A DNA stretch of 64,000 bases from Nitrospinae bacterium CG11_big_fil_rev_8_21_14_0_20_45_15 (GCA_002787235.1 PCWG01000023.1:3130-67129), one strand, 5' to 3'. Counted from the stretch's first letter, positions 9,996 to 19,591 are shown. The notes: generated from the letters alone by a model not told the origin. Numbers and translations are program-made.

Positions 9996-11030
9996 GTGAA
10001 GTCTTTGCGTTATTTTTTGTTGTGTTTGTTGGTAGGGGCCGGGTTTTTGAGCCAGTCGCATTCAACGGCGTGGGGTGATCCCGGCGACGGTGTTTCGTAT
10101 GCGGTGGACATCCCCGATGTTGTTGCCAAGGTGAATGGCGTAGAGATAGATTCACGTTATGTCAAATTCCAGTTAGAACGTATCATCAAACTGAACAATC
10201 GACCCTTGACCGGCAATGAAAAGGCACGTTTGTTGAAGGATATTGTCGAAAAGGAAATCGTGCGAGAGTTGGTCTTGCAGGAAGGAAAATCGAAAAACAG
10301 AACCTTGCCTGCGGAAATTCTGGAAGAAGAATTTGGCAAGTTGAAGGCTTCCTATAAATCTGAAGAAGAATTCCAGAGTGCGCTGAAAGACCGAAATATT
10401 TCTGAAACAGATTTGCGCCGTTCGCTTGAGATAGATTCGCTGGCTCAGATGCTGATTGGGGAACAGATCAAGGGACGCATTGCAATTACGGATGAGGAGA
10501 CGCGCGCTTTTTACGATCAAAATAAAGAACGTTTTCACCGACCGGAATCGTACCACGCGCAGCACATTTTCATCGCTCCGTTTCCTCCAGGATTTCTTGA
10601 CAGTATTCCAGAAGGTCAGCGCGATGCTAAAAGATTGGAAATGGCGCGTAAGGCAGACAAACAATTGCGCGATATTCTGGAACAAATTCGCGGGGGTGGG
10701 GACTTCTCAACTTTAGCGAAACAGTATTCTCATGACAGGGCCAGTGCCGAAAACGGTGGCGATCTGGAAGTTGTTTATAAAGGAGTGCTCCCACCTGAGT
10801 TCGATGAGGAAATTGAAAAACTCAAGCCCGGTGAGATCAGTGAGCCTTTCACGACTTCCTACGGGCACCATATTGTGAAATTGATCGAAACGCGTCCTGC
10901 AGAGTATGCAGAGTTTGACGAAATGAAGGAATCCATCCAAAGGCATTTGTTTACAGAAAAAGCGCAGGTAGAAGTTCAAAAGTACATCGACGATCTGCGC
11001 TCAAAAGCCAAAGTCGAATTATTTATATAA
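9996..11030 (+). CDS. Periplasmic parvulin-type peptidyl-prolyl isomerase (SurA/PrsA-like)
   Basis: GTG start with GGAGG 11 nt upstream. Signal peptide present. PpiC/parvulin core (HAQHIFIA...SHDRASAENGGDLEVV...FTTSYGHHIVKLIE). Confidence 0.85.
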   Translation: MKSLRYFLLCLLVGAGFLSQSHSTAWGDPGDGVSYAVDIPDVVAKVNGVEIDSRYVKFQLERIIKLNNRPLTGNEKARLLKDIVEKEIVRELVLQEGKSKNRTLPAEILEEEFGKLKASYKSEEEFQSALKDRNISETDLRRSLEIDSLAQMLIGEQIKGRIAITDEETRAFYDQNKERFHRPESYHAQHIFIAPFPPGFLDSIPEGQRDAKRLEMARKADKQLRDILEQIRGGGDFSTLAKQYSHDRASAENGGDLEVVYKGVLPPEFDEEIEKLKPGEISEPFTTSYGHHIVKLIETRPAEYAEFDEMKESIQRHLFTEKAQVEVQKYIDDLRSKAKVELFI

Positions 11031-11170
11031 AGAGATTTAGAAACGAGAATCGATAGTGGAAGAAAACAGATCCTTTCAGGACGGGAACTTCTTCCCAGGT
11101 AAACCTGTTCCCGTTCCATATGACCTAACCCAACTCGGGTGTACTTTGTGCGCTCGAAGGAGATTTTTTA

Positions 11171-11848
11171 ATGGCAACCTATTCAAAAGAAGCAGATGTA
11201 GAAACAAAGGTAGAGGATGATTCCGAAGCGCGCGATGCCTTGCGCGAAGTTTTTGGAAACACAGCGCGATGGTCTGCCGATTTCAAAGGTTTCACCGCGA
11301 AGGCCGTCGTTAATATTGATGGCAAGGAAGTGGCTTGTACTGTAACGGTCAAAGGTCCCAAAGAAATTACAGTCGATTGCGCAGACGGTCCTGCAAAGGA
11401 ATTTTTGACAGAAAATCTGGCTTCGATCGCTATGCATCGAGGTCCACGTTCTTTTGAAGAATCTGACGGTAAATACAAACTCCAGTTCATGGACGACGGT
11501 TCGCATCCCCTGGGACGCGCGGTTTCCATGGGCGGCGATGGCATGAGTTCTTTTTATCGCATCAAAGAAGGACGCATTCATCAAATCAACCGCAAGACTC
11601 CGAGAATGTCCTTCACCATCAACGTTGAAGAAAGTGCTAAAAACGAGGATGGAAAATTTCTCACTCGACGTTACACGGTTTATTATTTCAATCCCGAAGG
11701 TGCGGCTTTGAAGGATGTGGAAAGTTATACCGATGAATACACTCGGGTGGGTGGATGTGATTTGCCTCGCTATCGCCGCGTTATCAATGGCGAAGGTGGC
11801 GCGATTCATGTCAATTCGATGACTCTTTGCGACCATAAATTGATTTAA
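11171..11848 (+). CDS. Conserved hypothetical protein (possibly DUF3386-like)
   Basis: 225-aa ORF with coding-like composition, followed directly by a strong terminator. The family assignment is from memory only. Confidence 0.55.
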   Translation: MATYSKEADVETKVEDDSEARDALREVFGNTARWSADFKGFTAKAVVNIDGKEVACTVTVKGPKEITVDCADGPAKEFLTENLASIAMHRGPRSFEESDGKYKLQFMDDGSHPLGRAVSMGGDGMSSFYRIKEGRIHQINRKTPRMSFTINVEESAKNEDGKFLTRRYTVYYFNPEGAALKDVESYTDEYTRVGGCDLPRYRRVINGEGGAIHVNSMTLCDHKLI

Positions 11849-11862
11849 TTGGTTTTAATTTT

Positions 11863-11900
11863 AACCCGCCCTGCGCTGAGGCGTTGGGGCGGGTTTTTTT
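11863..11900 (+). terminator. Rho-independent terminator
   Basis: AACCCGCCCT / GGGGCGGGTT stem (one G-U pair), 13-nt loop, then T7. Confidence 0.8.
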
Positions 11901-11921
11901 GTGAGGTCTTTTGCGTTTAAT

Positions 11922-12869
11922 ATGGAAAATGTTGTCACTGGTTATCTTTCAGCCGAAGGCCATGTCGATCGTCTGGTCTCCGAATTAAAAGGCGTGGTTG
12001 CTGTTCACGACCGTCTTGTATTCACGAGTTGTCCCATTCAGAAAGTATACTGGGCGCAAAATATCTGGCTGAATCCCGTTGTTCTCAACATTGCTTCCAT
12101 CACCGATGCGGCCCGGCAATTGAAAGCGATACAAGGAAGTTGGGCTCTGTTTCCCACAGGCCTGCATCGCAGGGCGTTACTCATAGCAGAAAAGTTACCG
12201 AGGGTTCCAGCTCCCGAGCTGGTATTTCCTGCCAGTCCACCGCGGTCTCCATTGGGTTCCTGGACTTTGCTGGACACAAACGTTTTGGTTGCGTCTTCGC
12301 AATGCACGAGTACCTTGCCAAATGGAGAGGTGCTTTTCAGAGAAGACAAGGTGGGGCCGCCGAGCCGGGCCTACCTCAAGCTATGGGAGGCCTGGACGGT
12401 GATGGGCGAACGTCCGCAAGCGGATGAGTTTTGCATTGATGCGGGTGGCAGTCCCGGTGGCTGGTGTTGGGCGATTCAAAAATTGGGAGCGCATGTTCTC
12501 AGTGTGGACCGATCGCCTCTCGACAAAAAAATAGCGTGTCTGCCGGGCGTCGAGTTTCAGAAAGGATCGGCTTTTTCTTTGCAACCGGAAGATTTTGATC
12601 AGGTCGATTGGTTGTTCTCTGATGTCATCTGCTATCCTGAAAAGTTATACGATTGGGCCAGACGCTGGGTCGATTCCGGTGTTTGCAGAAAGATGATATG
12701 CACGATAAAATTTCAGGGCGAATACGATTCTAAAATTGTCAAAAAGTTTGCGGGCATTCCCAACAGTCGCGTGGTGCATCTTTACAACAACAAGAATGAG
12801 TTGACCTGGATGTTTAAGACAGAGACCAGCGAGCCGCCAGAACAGTCGGATAGAGACACCGCTTTCTGA
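11922..12869 (+). CDS. RlmM/FtsJ-like SAM-dependent rRNA 2'-O-ribose methyltransferase
   Basis: PSRAYLKLWEAW...CIDAGGSPGGWCWAIQKLGAHVLSVDRSPL...LFSDVICYPEKLYDWARRW parallels E. coli RlmM (PSRSTLKLEEAF...DLGACPGGWTYQL...MVCDMVEKPAKV). Start taken at the ATG at 11922, because the GTG at 11901 abuts the terminator T-run. Confidence 0.7.
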   Translation: MENVVTGYLSAEGHVDRLVSELKGVVAVHDRLVFTSCPIQKVYWAQNIWLNPVVLNIASITDAARQLKAIQGSWALFPTGLHRRALLIAEKLPRVPAPELVFPASPPRSPLGSWTLLDTNVLVASSQCTSTLPNGEVLFREDKVGPPSRAYLKLWEAWTVMGERPQADEFCIDAGGSPGGWCWAIQKLGAHVLSVDRSPLDKKIACLPGVEFQKGSAFSLQPEDFDQVDWLFSDVICYPEKLYDWARRWVDSGVCRKMICTIKFQGEYDSKIVKKFAGIPNSRVVHLYNNKNELTWMFKTETSEPPEQSDRDTAF

Positions 12870-13020
12870 TATGGGAACTGCTCAAAATAGTTTTTTCGAT
12901 GGGGAAAAAATGCTATGGTTTCTCAGCGATCATCGCACGCTTATACAGAGAACGTGGATTCATCCCCATGACACCGTTTTGAGATGAGTCGTCATTTTAC
13001 GCAATTAATTTCGGAGAGTT

Positions 13021-13890
13021 ATGAATTTTCAAGACGTCATATTCAAGTTGGAACACTATTGGTCATCTCGGCAATGTGCCATCCATCAGCCTTACGATAT
13101 CGAAGTGGGAGCAGGTACCTTTAATCCCGCCACTTTTTTTCGCGTTCTGGGGCCAGAGCCCTACCGGGCCGCTTATGTTGAGCCCTCACGCCGACCGACC
13201 GACGGACGTTATGGAGAAAATCCGAATCGACTGCAACATTATTATCAGTATCAGGTGATCCTCAAACCTTCGCCAAAAGACGTGCAGGAACAGTATCTGG
13301 GCAGTCTCGTCGCATTGGGAATCGATCCCATGAAACACGATATTCGTTTTGTGGAAGACGATTGGGAGTCGCCCACGCTCGGAGCCTGGGGGCTGGGTTG
13401 GGAAGTGTGGCTGGACGGAATGGAGATCACCCAGTTCACTTATTTCCAGCAAGTCGGGAGCATTGAGCTGAACCCGGTGGCGGTAGAATTGACCTATGGT
13501 TTGGAGCGGATCACCATGTACCTGCAAAATGTGGACAACGTTTACGATTTGCAGTGGAACGATACCCTCAAGTATGGCGACGTGCATCTGGAAACGGAAA
13601 AACAATTTTCCGCCTTTAATTTTGAAGCGGCAGGAAAAGAAAGGTTGTTCCAATGGTTTGATATGTACGAAGCCGAGGCCAACGATCTGCTTGAAAAAGA
13701 CCTGGTGCTTCCCGCCTACGACTTCACCCTGAAATGCTCCCATGCCTTCAACCTGCTCGATGCCCGTGGTGCGATCAGCGTTACCGAACGCACCGGGTTC
13801 ATAGGAAGAGTACGCAAACTGGCCCGTGCCTGCGCCGAAGGCTATGTACGCCAGCGCGAAGAAATGGGCCATCCCCTGCTTAAAAAATAA
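13021..13890 (+). CDS. glyQ: Glycine--tRNA ligase alpha subunit
   Basis: [47 protein letters not shown]...[21 protein letters not shown] is near-identical to the canonical GlyQ pattern. Confidence 0.97.
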   Translation: MNFQDVIFKLEHYWSSRQCAIHQPYDIEVGAGTFNPATFFRVLGPEPYRAAYVEPSRRPTDGRYGENPNRLQHYYQYQVILKPSPKDVQEQYLGSLVALGIDPMKHDIRFVEDDWESPTLGAWGLGWEVWLDGMEITQFTYFQQVGSIELNPVAVELTYGLERITMYLQNVDNVYDLQWNDTLKYGDVHLETEKQFSAFNFEAAGKERLFQWFDMYEAEANDLLEKDLVLPAYDFTLKCSHAFNLLDARGAISVTERTGFIGRVRKLARACAEGYVRQREEMGHPLLKK

Positions 13891-13903
13891 TCGACGTTCG
13901 TTT

Positions 13904-15523
13904 CTATTTTTGCGAACCGGCGGCAGGGGCTTGAATCCCGACCCGTTTTCTGGCACGCCATTCGTAGGCGAAGTAGAGATAGAACGGTGTGTATTCAAAG
14001 AGTGGAATCCATGCCGAGTATTGCCCGATGTCCTGATAGTCGAAATAAAAATCGAGATAGTACATCCCCATGAGTCCGGTCAGGAGCATCCACGATCTCC
14101 ACGGAAAGAAGCACAGAAAGGGCACGGTCCAGCAGAGGTACCAGGGGTTCTGCACGGGACTCAACAAAAAGACCAGCCCCATCATGATGAATAAATGCTT
14201 GACCCCTTCCTCACTTGTTTCTACACGTTTTTTAAAAAATAAATAACCGAGTACACCGAGTAATACCAAGGCCACGTTGGCTTTGGCGAAGAACTCTGGC
14301 AAAGGGTATTTGTTGAACAAAACGGTGTCTGTGCTCAGAGCGACCAGATCGCGCCAAAACCACAGGATCATCGCAAACAGGCTGTCATTGTTCTGCCAGG
14401 TGGCGGTGAAGGTGTTCAGTCCGGCAAAGGTCTTCCATCCAATATCGAGAAAGGGCAGGTAGCCGAGGATCGCCGTTGCCAGAAAGGCAATGGCTACGGC
14501 ACAGGCGCGTCCCCAGTGCGCGTATTCCCCTGTTTCCTGATCCACCAGAAAGCGTTTGAAGAAAATTGGTGCCAATATAATGGGATACAATTTTCCGAGG
14601 AAACTGAGGCCAAGAAAAACGCCACTCCAGAGGGCCTGTTTTTTAACAAAAAAATAAACGGCGGCGCACAAGAAGGCGATGCCGATGATGTCGAGATGTG
14701 TTGAGTTGAAAGTCTCTTTGATAACGAGCGGACAAAGAAAGTAAATCGCGCACAGGTTAGGATTTTTCCCCAGCGCACGCAAAGTTTTCACTATGAAGAA
14801 CAGGGCGAGCAGATCAAAGCCCAAGTAAGCCAGTCTCAGGGCGTAGATGTTGTCGGGGCGAAGATGGGCCACACTGCGAAATGTGAATTGCGCGAGCGGG
14901 GGGTAAATGGTCGGAACATCGGGATGGTTGATGCGATCAAAATAAAGTAGAGCCGTTTGGTTTTCCCAGCGCAACTTGTCTAGAAAATCCAGTTGCCCGC
15001 GACTTTCCTCATCGTATTCAGTGCGAAACCCGATGGGATGGCGAATGCGAAATTCAGTGGCATAGCTGATTTCAGAGGGTGCAAATTTGAAGGGGTTGAT
15101 TCCTTTGGAAAAAACCTTACCGTCCCAAAGGTAACGGTAGACATCGTCTTCCTGAATTTGTTGTGCCGGAAAAATGGCAGCACGAAAGAGCAAGCCTAAA
15201 ACCACGATCGTCCAGAACAGTTTGCGGTCAGTTCCCTTTTGCCGAATGCGATTGCAGAAAAAAGCGTACAGCGCAAACAGTAAAATATAGGCGGCAAGGT
15301 AGCTGAGAATGGGTCTGTCGGCGTAACCTTTCCCCCAATTGAATTGCAGAGAGAGTTGCCAGATACCCAAATAAAGAGCACTTGAAACCGAGCCAAAGAT
15401 CAAGACATAAGGGGGTATGATCTTCTGCAAGCCTCGCTCATTGACTATAGAGCTATTCAAGGGATCGGCAGGCAAGGCCTGCTGGAAATGGATTGACTCA
15501 CGATTGCGCCTGACCCGTTCCAC
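13904..15523 (-). CDS. Polytopic membrane protein, GT-C-like (DUF2029/GT87-like) glycosyltransferase candidate
   Basis: 539 aa with more than 10 TM segments. Acidic loop motif QEDDVYRYLWDG after TM2. Function inferred from architecture. Confidence 0.55.
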   Translation of the reverse strand: MERVRRNRESIHFQQALPADPLNSSIVNERGLQKIIPPYVLIFGSVSSALYLGIWQLSLQFNWGKGYADRPILSYLAAYILLFALYAFFCNRIRQKGTDRKLFWTIVVLGLLFRAAIFPAQQIQEDDVYRYLWDGKVFSKGINPFKFAPSEISYATEFRIRHPIGFRTEYDEESRGQLDFLDKLRWENQTALLYFDRINHPDVPTIYPPLAQFTFRSVAHLRPDNIYALRLAYLGFDLLALFFIVKTLRALGKNPNLCAIYFLCPLVIKETFNSTHLDIIGIAFLCAAVYFFVKKQALWSGVFLGLSFLGKLYPIILAPIFFKRFLVDQETGEYAHWGRACAVAIAFLATAILGYLPFLDIGWKTFAGLNTFTATWQNNDSLFAMILWFWRDLVALSTDTVLFNKYPLPEFFAKANVALVLLGVLGYLFFKKRVETSEEGVKHLFIMMGLVFLLSPVQNPWYLCWTVPFLCFFPWRSWMLLTGLMGMYYLDFYFDYQDIGQYSAWIPLFEYTPFYLYFAYEWRARKRVGIQAPAAGSQK

Positions 15524-15562
15524 TCATGAGGGCATAGCCCCTTGCCGACGGCGGCACACCGG

Positions 15563-15871
15563 TTAAATATGGGTGCGCACTTCCAGCCCGTCCATTTCAT
15601 CCGTTAAGGTGATTTGGCAGGCGAGCCGAACATTGGGATTGGATTTCAAGGATTTCGCCAGAGTTTTTTCTTCAATTTCATTGCGGGGGCCCACATTGCC
15701 TGCAACGATTTCTACTTTGCAGGAAGTACACAATCCACGCCCACGGCAATTCAGAATTTTCTTGATATGCGGGTAGATACTCAGCGTATTTTTGATTGCC
15801 GCAGAACGCAAAGTCTCACCGGGTTCGGCCTGAATGCTTCGATTTTGAGTTACAAATTTAATGTTTAACAT
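15563..15871 (-). CDS. 2Fe-2S ferredoxin
   Basis: Cys pattern C42-x5-C48-x2-C51...C85 (CRGRGLCTSC...RLACQ) in a 102-aa protein. Confidence 0.7.
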   Translation of the reverse strand: MLNIKFVTQNRSIQAEPGETLRSAAIKNTLSIYPHIKKILNCRGRGLCTSCKVEIVAGNVGPRNEIEEKTLAKSLKSNPNVRLACQITLTDEMDGLEVRTHI

Positions 15872-16191
15872 GCTTCAATTTGGATGAGATTTCTTAATTG
15901 GCCTTTTCCCCAATATCCGTGAAAAGCACTTCCCACGGTGGAGCAGGCATTGGTCATATGCACCAGTTGCATCTCGCCACCTCCAGCCTTTAAAGCACCT
16001 ACCTGGCTGTAGGGGGGGATGGTCCCACCGCAGTTGACGCAAACTGTCGAGTACTTTTCGCAAAGCTCCAACAGGCAAGGTTTGCAAACGACGGGGTCAA
16101 AGAGAAATATTTCCTGCTCGTCGTACTCGGCGTGAGTCGGAAGCGATTCTACAGCTTGACGACATTCCTGACAATGGAATTGTGTGCTCAT
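15865..16191 (-). CDS. Cys-rich zinc-ribbon-like hypothetical protein
   Basis: 108 aa with three CxxC pairs (CQEC, CKPC, CVNC) plus three further Cys. Its stop overlaps the ferredoxin start by 7 nt. Confidence 0.55.
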   Translation of the reverse strand: MSTQFHCQECRQAVESLPTHAEYDEQEIFLFDPVVCKPCLLELCEKYSTVCVNCGGTIPPYSQVGALKAGGGEMQLVHMTNACSTVGSAFHGYWGKGQLRNLIQIEAC

Positions 16192-16257
16192 TTTTTATTT
16201 GTCCGCATGAAGGTGAATTCTGTTCGATGAAACCGTTTAAATTATTTCAAAGAACGA

Positions 16258-17283
16258 TCAACTGACGCAAACTTTTTTCATATTCTCAAAATCGTCGAGG
16301 ATGGCACCGGCACCCTTTACAATACTGAGGAGAGGGTCTTCCGGTGTGTAAACTTTCAGAGTGGTTTTTTCTTCCAGCAGTTTGTCCAGACCTCGGATCA
16401 GTGCCCCTCCGCCTGTCAGGTAGATTCCGTTAGAGTGAATATCGGCAGAAAGTTCGGGAGGTGTTTTTTCCAGGGCACGCAGGACCGCACTGGTGATTGT
16501 TGCGAGAGACTCACTCATCGCTTCACGAATTTCGGTATCGCCAATGACGATGGATGTGGGAATACCCGTTTTGACGTTGAGTCCTTTTACCTCGGTGGTT
16601 ATTGGTTGATCCAGCTTGTAGGCACTGCCGATTGCGATTTTGACACGCTCAGCTTCAAAAATACCGATGTTGAGGTGGTGTTTCAAGCGCATGTGCCGAA
16701 CGATGGATTCGTCGATTTCATCCCCCGCGAGGCGAATGGATTCGCCGTATGCAATGGCAGAAAGTGAAATGACCGCAACATCCGAAGTGCCTCCTCCAAT
16801 ATCGATGACCATATTGCCCTCAGGCTTATGCACGGGGATACCCACGCCAATAGCCGCGGCCATAGGCTCCTCTACAAGATTCACCCGTTTGGCTCCAGCC
16901 ATGAGAGCCGCATCAATGACGGCCTTTTTTTCCACCTGAGTGATGCAGGTTGGAACGCCGATGACCATATGTGTGCTCACCAGAAACGTACGCGGCAAAG
17001 TCTTCTTGATGAAATACTGGATCATCTTGTTGGTGATGTCAAAGTCGGCGATGACACCATCCTTCATGGGGCGGATGGCCTCCAGTTTGGAATGAGTTCT
17101 GCCGTACATTTTCTTTGCTTCAAGCCCAACGGCCTCAACTTGTCCCTCTGAGTTGATAGCGACAACAGAAGGCTCGTCGAGAACAATGCCTTTATTGTGG
17201 ACGTAGACGAGGGTGTTTGCCGTACCCAGGTCCATGGCCAGATTTGCTGTGAACAAATTTGAAATAGCTTTGAATAGTCCCAT
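16258..17283 (-). CDS. mreB: Actin-like rod-shape protein MreB (non-canonical context)
   Basis: DLGTANTLVY, IRPMKDGVIADF, EEPMAAAIG, DIGGGTSDVAVISL and LTGGGALIRGLDKLL match MreB throughout. No mreC/mreD lie downstream. Confidence 0.92.
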   Translation of the reverse strand: MGLFKAISNLFTANLAMDLGTANTLVYVHNKGIVLDEPSVVAINSEGQVEAVGLEAKKMYGRTHSKLEAIRPMKDGVIADFDITNKMIQYFIKKTLPRTFLVSTHMVIGVPTCITQVEKKAVIDAALMAGAKRVNLVEEPMAAAIGVGIPVHKPEGNMVIDIGGGTSDVAVISLSAIAYGESIRLAGDEIDESIVRHMRLKHHLNIGIFEAERVKIAIGSAYKLDQPITTEVKGLNVKTGIPTSIVIGDTEIREAMSESLATITSAVLRALEKTPPELSADIHSNGIYLTGGGALIRGLDKLLEEKTTLKVYTPEDPLLSIVKGAGAILDDFENMKKVCVS

Positions 17284-18710
17284 CAGGTAGTTTCTGCAAG
17301 AGTTTTTGAGGCTCGTCCATAGGCGAGACCTGTTAGTTCCGTCAGGTTCTTTCCATCGGCAGGAAAGGCTGACAAGCCCATTTCGACTCTCAGATCAAGA
17401 GCGATGGACATTGAGTAAAATCGGTTGTTGTCGAAAACATGCCGGAGTCTTCCTTCTAAAGACAAGACTTCTTCCCGGGTTCTGTCCAACAAGACAAGCA
17501 AAAAAGCATTGTCTGAATATCTGAAAATGAATTTCGGTGAAGGTGCGGAGCGCGATAATAATGACATCAATTGACGAAGCAGTTGATCGGCGCAATCGGC
17601 ACCGTGGTTTTCATAAATGGAGGTCAGTTTGGGCAATCGCATTATTAAAAAGAAAACGGGTTTGTTGTCCAGGAAAAATTCACGCTGGACAGACTCCCGG
17701 TTTTCGACAAGAAACCGATAGTTGGGTGCGCCGGTAACGATATCCACACTGTTTTGGTATTGAGCTTTTTGTCGAGTTTCGGCGCAGTAGAGCGCAATCC
17801 CGGCAGAAGCCCCGATGATTCCCAGACGATCCACATCATCATGACCGATAGAGCGAGGCTCTCGATTCGCACAAAGCAGAACGCCACGCAGTTGTTCTTT
17901 TATCACCAGGGGAATAGCGGCATACGACATGAAGGGCTCATGATCTTCAATTTCGTTGAACAAAGCCAGTTTGCGTTGGGCGGCATTTTCAATGAGGACA
18001 GAAGTTTTGGTTTTGGCACAGGAACCGACGAGTCCTTTCCCCTCTTCGATAAAGAGTTCTCCCAAATCCTGAATGAAACCGCGGTGACCGCGAACCCTTC
18101 CTGGGAAACGACCTTCCTCAAATTCCACGACAGCGATTGCGTCGCATGTAAATATTTCAGCAGGGATTTGAAGCAGTCGTTGAGAAAGATCCTTGAATTG
18201 TGGTGATTCTGCAACGAAACGACTGTAAGTTCCTAGCTCGCGAAAGAAAGGCCAGACTTTTCCTCCACCCCGATTTTCCTCGTCTTCACGATGCATTTGC
18301 ACAGCAATTTGCTCTGTGAAGCCGGTGATGATTTTTAGTAATTTGGGAGAAAAATTATAACTCTGTTTGCTGTCCAACGATAAAACTCCCAGCACTTTGC
18401 CGTTTTCATCAATCACAGGCACCGCGATAAAACTTTTTAAATTTTCTTCAGATTTATAAATTTTTAATTTGGCGAAATCGTCTTTAAAATTTTCAATGAC
18501 AACAGCGTCCCCTGTCAAAGCCGCTTTGCCAATAGGGCTATGTCCCATTGGGATGCTCACGGCTTCATTAAACTTATGGCTCAAGGTCATAAATGTATGA
18601 GGAGTCAAAGCATTTGTTTTTGGATCCAAACGAAACAAGGCAGAGGTGTAGGCATCAGCTACATTGCCTGCAAGATGAACCAAATGGGTGATGATCTCGG
18701 GAGTTTTCAT
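17283..18710 (-). CDS. GAF-GAF signalling protein with a degenerate GGDEF domain
   Basis: Two GAF-like regions (~aa 15-140 and 165-310). C-terminal GGDEF fold (DIVTGAPNYRF...) with the signature replaced by RYSDNAF. The stop (TGA) shares its A with the mreB ATG (TGATG at 17281-17285). Confidence 0.8.
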   Translation of the reverse strand: MKTPEIITHLVHLAGNVADAYTSALFRLDPKTNALTPHTFMTLSHKFNEAVSIPMGHSPIGKAALTGDAVVIENFKDDFAKLKIYKSEENLKSFIAVPVIDENGKVLGVLSLDSKQSYNFSPKLLKIITGFTEQIAVQMHREDEENRGGGKVWPFFRELGTYSRFVAESPQFKDLSQRLLQIPAEIFTCDAIAVVEFEEGRFPGRVRGHRGFIQDLGELFIEEGKGLVGSCAKTKTSVLIENAAQRKLALFNEIEDHEPFMSYAAIPLVIKEQLRGVLLCANREPRSIGHDDVDRLGIIGASAGIALYCAETRQKAQYQNSVDIVTGAPNYRFLVENRESVQREFFLDNKPVFFLIMRLPKLTSIYENHGADCADQLLRQLMSLLSRSAPSPKFIFRYSDNAFLLVLLDRTREEVLSLEGRLRHVFDNNRFYSMSIALDLRVEMGLSAFPADGKNLTELTGLAYGRASKTLAETT

Positions 18711-18791
18711 TCAATCGGGGAATGATTGTTAGAAAGTGATTAACGAGTTCTGTGTAGAATTTTGATTAAATAATAAGATCATGCGAATGCG

Positions 18792-19250
18792 TTAAAGTTG
18801 CCCTCTTTTTTTTAACATTTCCCGGTATTTCTGAATCGCTTCTTTGCCGACAATTTTTGCTACCGTCTGGTAAACAATGGCTGATACCTCTCCAGATTCT
18901 TCAACTCTTACAGCCTGACAGTTGAGGACCTTGCGCTCACCGGTTGTAGGGTGCCGGAACAAAACCTGGAGCAGGTCGCCCTCAATGATCGTGACGTTGG
19001 AGGAAAGCACCAGACTGTTTATAGACATCTCTATGATATCGACTTTATGAGTTTGATCGTAAAATTCTTTTTCACGTTCAATTTCAAGCAAGCCGGAGAG
19101 ACGAGTTTTAGCCCGCTTGAATTTCCTTTTCCCAAGGGATTTTTGATCTTCCTTCGCGATCAGTTGATTGAGATGGTTTTTTATCCTTAGCAGGTCTTCC
19201 ATAGGCAAATTTTCTATGGAGGAAAGGATTTCTTGAAGCATGTGCGGCAA
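18792..19250 (-). CDS. PilZ-like domain protein (partly degenerate motifs)
   Basis: 152 aa. KRKFKR (RxxxR-type) at aa 41-46, and E-x-S-x-x-S (EMSINS) 28 residues later where PilZ has D/N-x-S-x-x-G. Confidence 0.5.
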   Translation of the reverse strand: MPHMLQEILSSIENLPMEDLLRIKNHLNQLIAKEDQKSLGKRKFKRAKTRLSGLLEIEREKEFYDQTHKVDIIEMSINSLVLSSNVTIIEGDLLQVLFRHPTTGERKVLNCQAVRVEESGEVSAIVYQTVAKIVGKEAIQKYREMLKKRGQL

Positions 19251-19562
19251 TCGAAAAAAGTTTCAAGATAACATTGACAGTTCGTAACCCGGCGAATATG
19301 CAGTAAGCATCGGGCAATCAGGAAAAAACCAGAACAAATCACTGAGGGTAAATCCAGTTTGACGGGATAGGAAATCCCTCAAGTCAAGCCCCTGTATACT
19401 AAATGGGGAGAATGGCACTGTCAATCTTAATAATGGATTGTTTTTTTAGATCATCCTCGCGTACTATTTAAAAACCGGTGGGCATTGTCAGGTTTGAAGA
19501 CTTTGTGAGAGAATTCATGGGAAGCCGTTTGAAAAATTAATTGAATTAACTGTTTTAATTTC

Positions 19563-19591
19563 TTGACAGGGAATTCAAGCGCCAATATACT
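19563..19591 (+). promoter_or_regulatory. Sigma-70-type promoter for the tRNA-Val/tRNA-Asp unit
   Basis: TTGACA (19563-19568), 17-nt spacer, TATACT (19586-19591), about 35 nt upstream of tRNA-Val. Confidence 0.6.

Noticed and set aside
13021-13904. glyQ is not followed by glyS. A convergent membrane-protein gene ends 14 nt downstream.
   Set aside because: Split glyQ/glyS arrangements occur in various lineages. glyS may simply lie elsewhere, and nothing in the window suggests loss.
13186-13998. A 270-aa ORF antisense to glyQ.
   Set aside because: glyQ on the plus strand is near-canonical along its whole length. The antisense product has no recognisable features.
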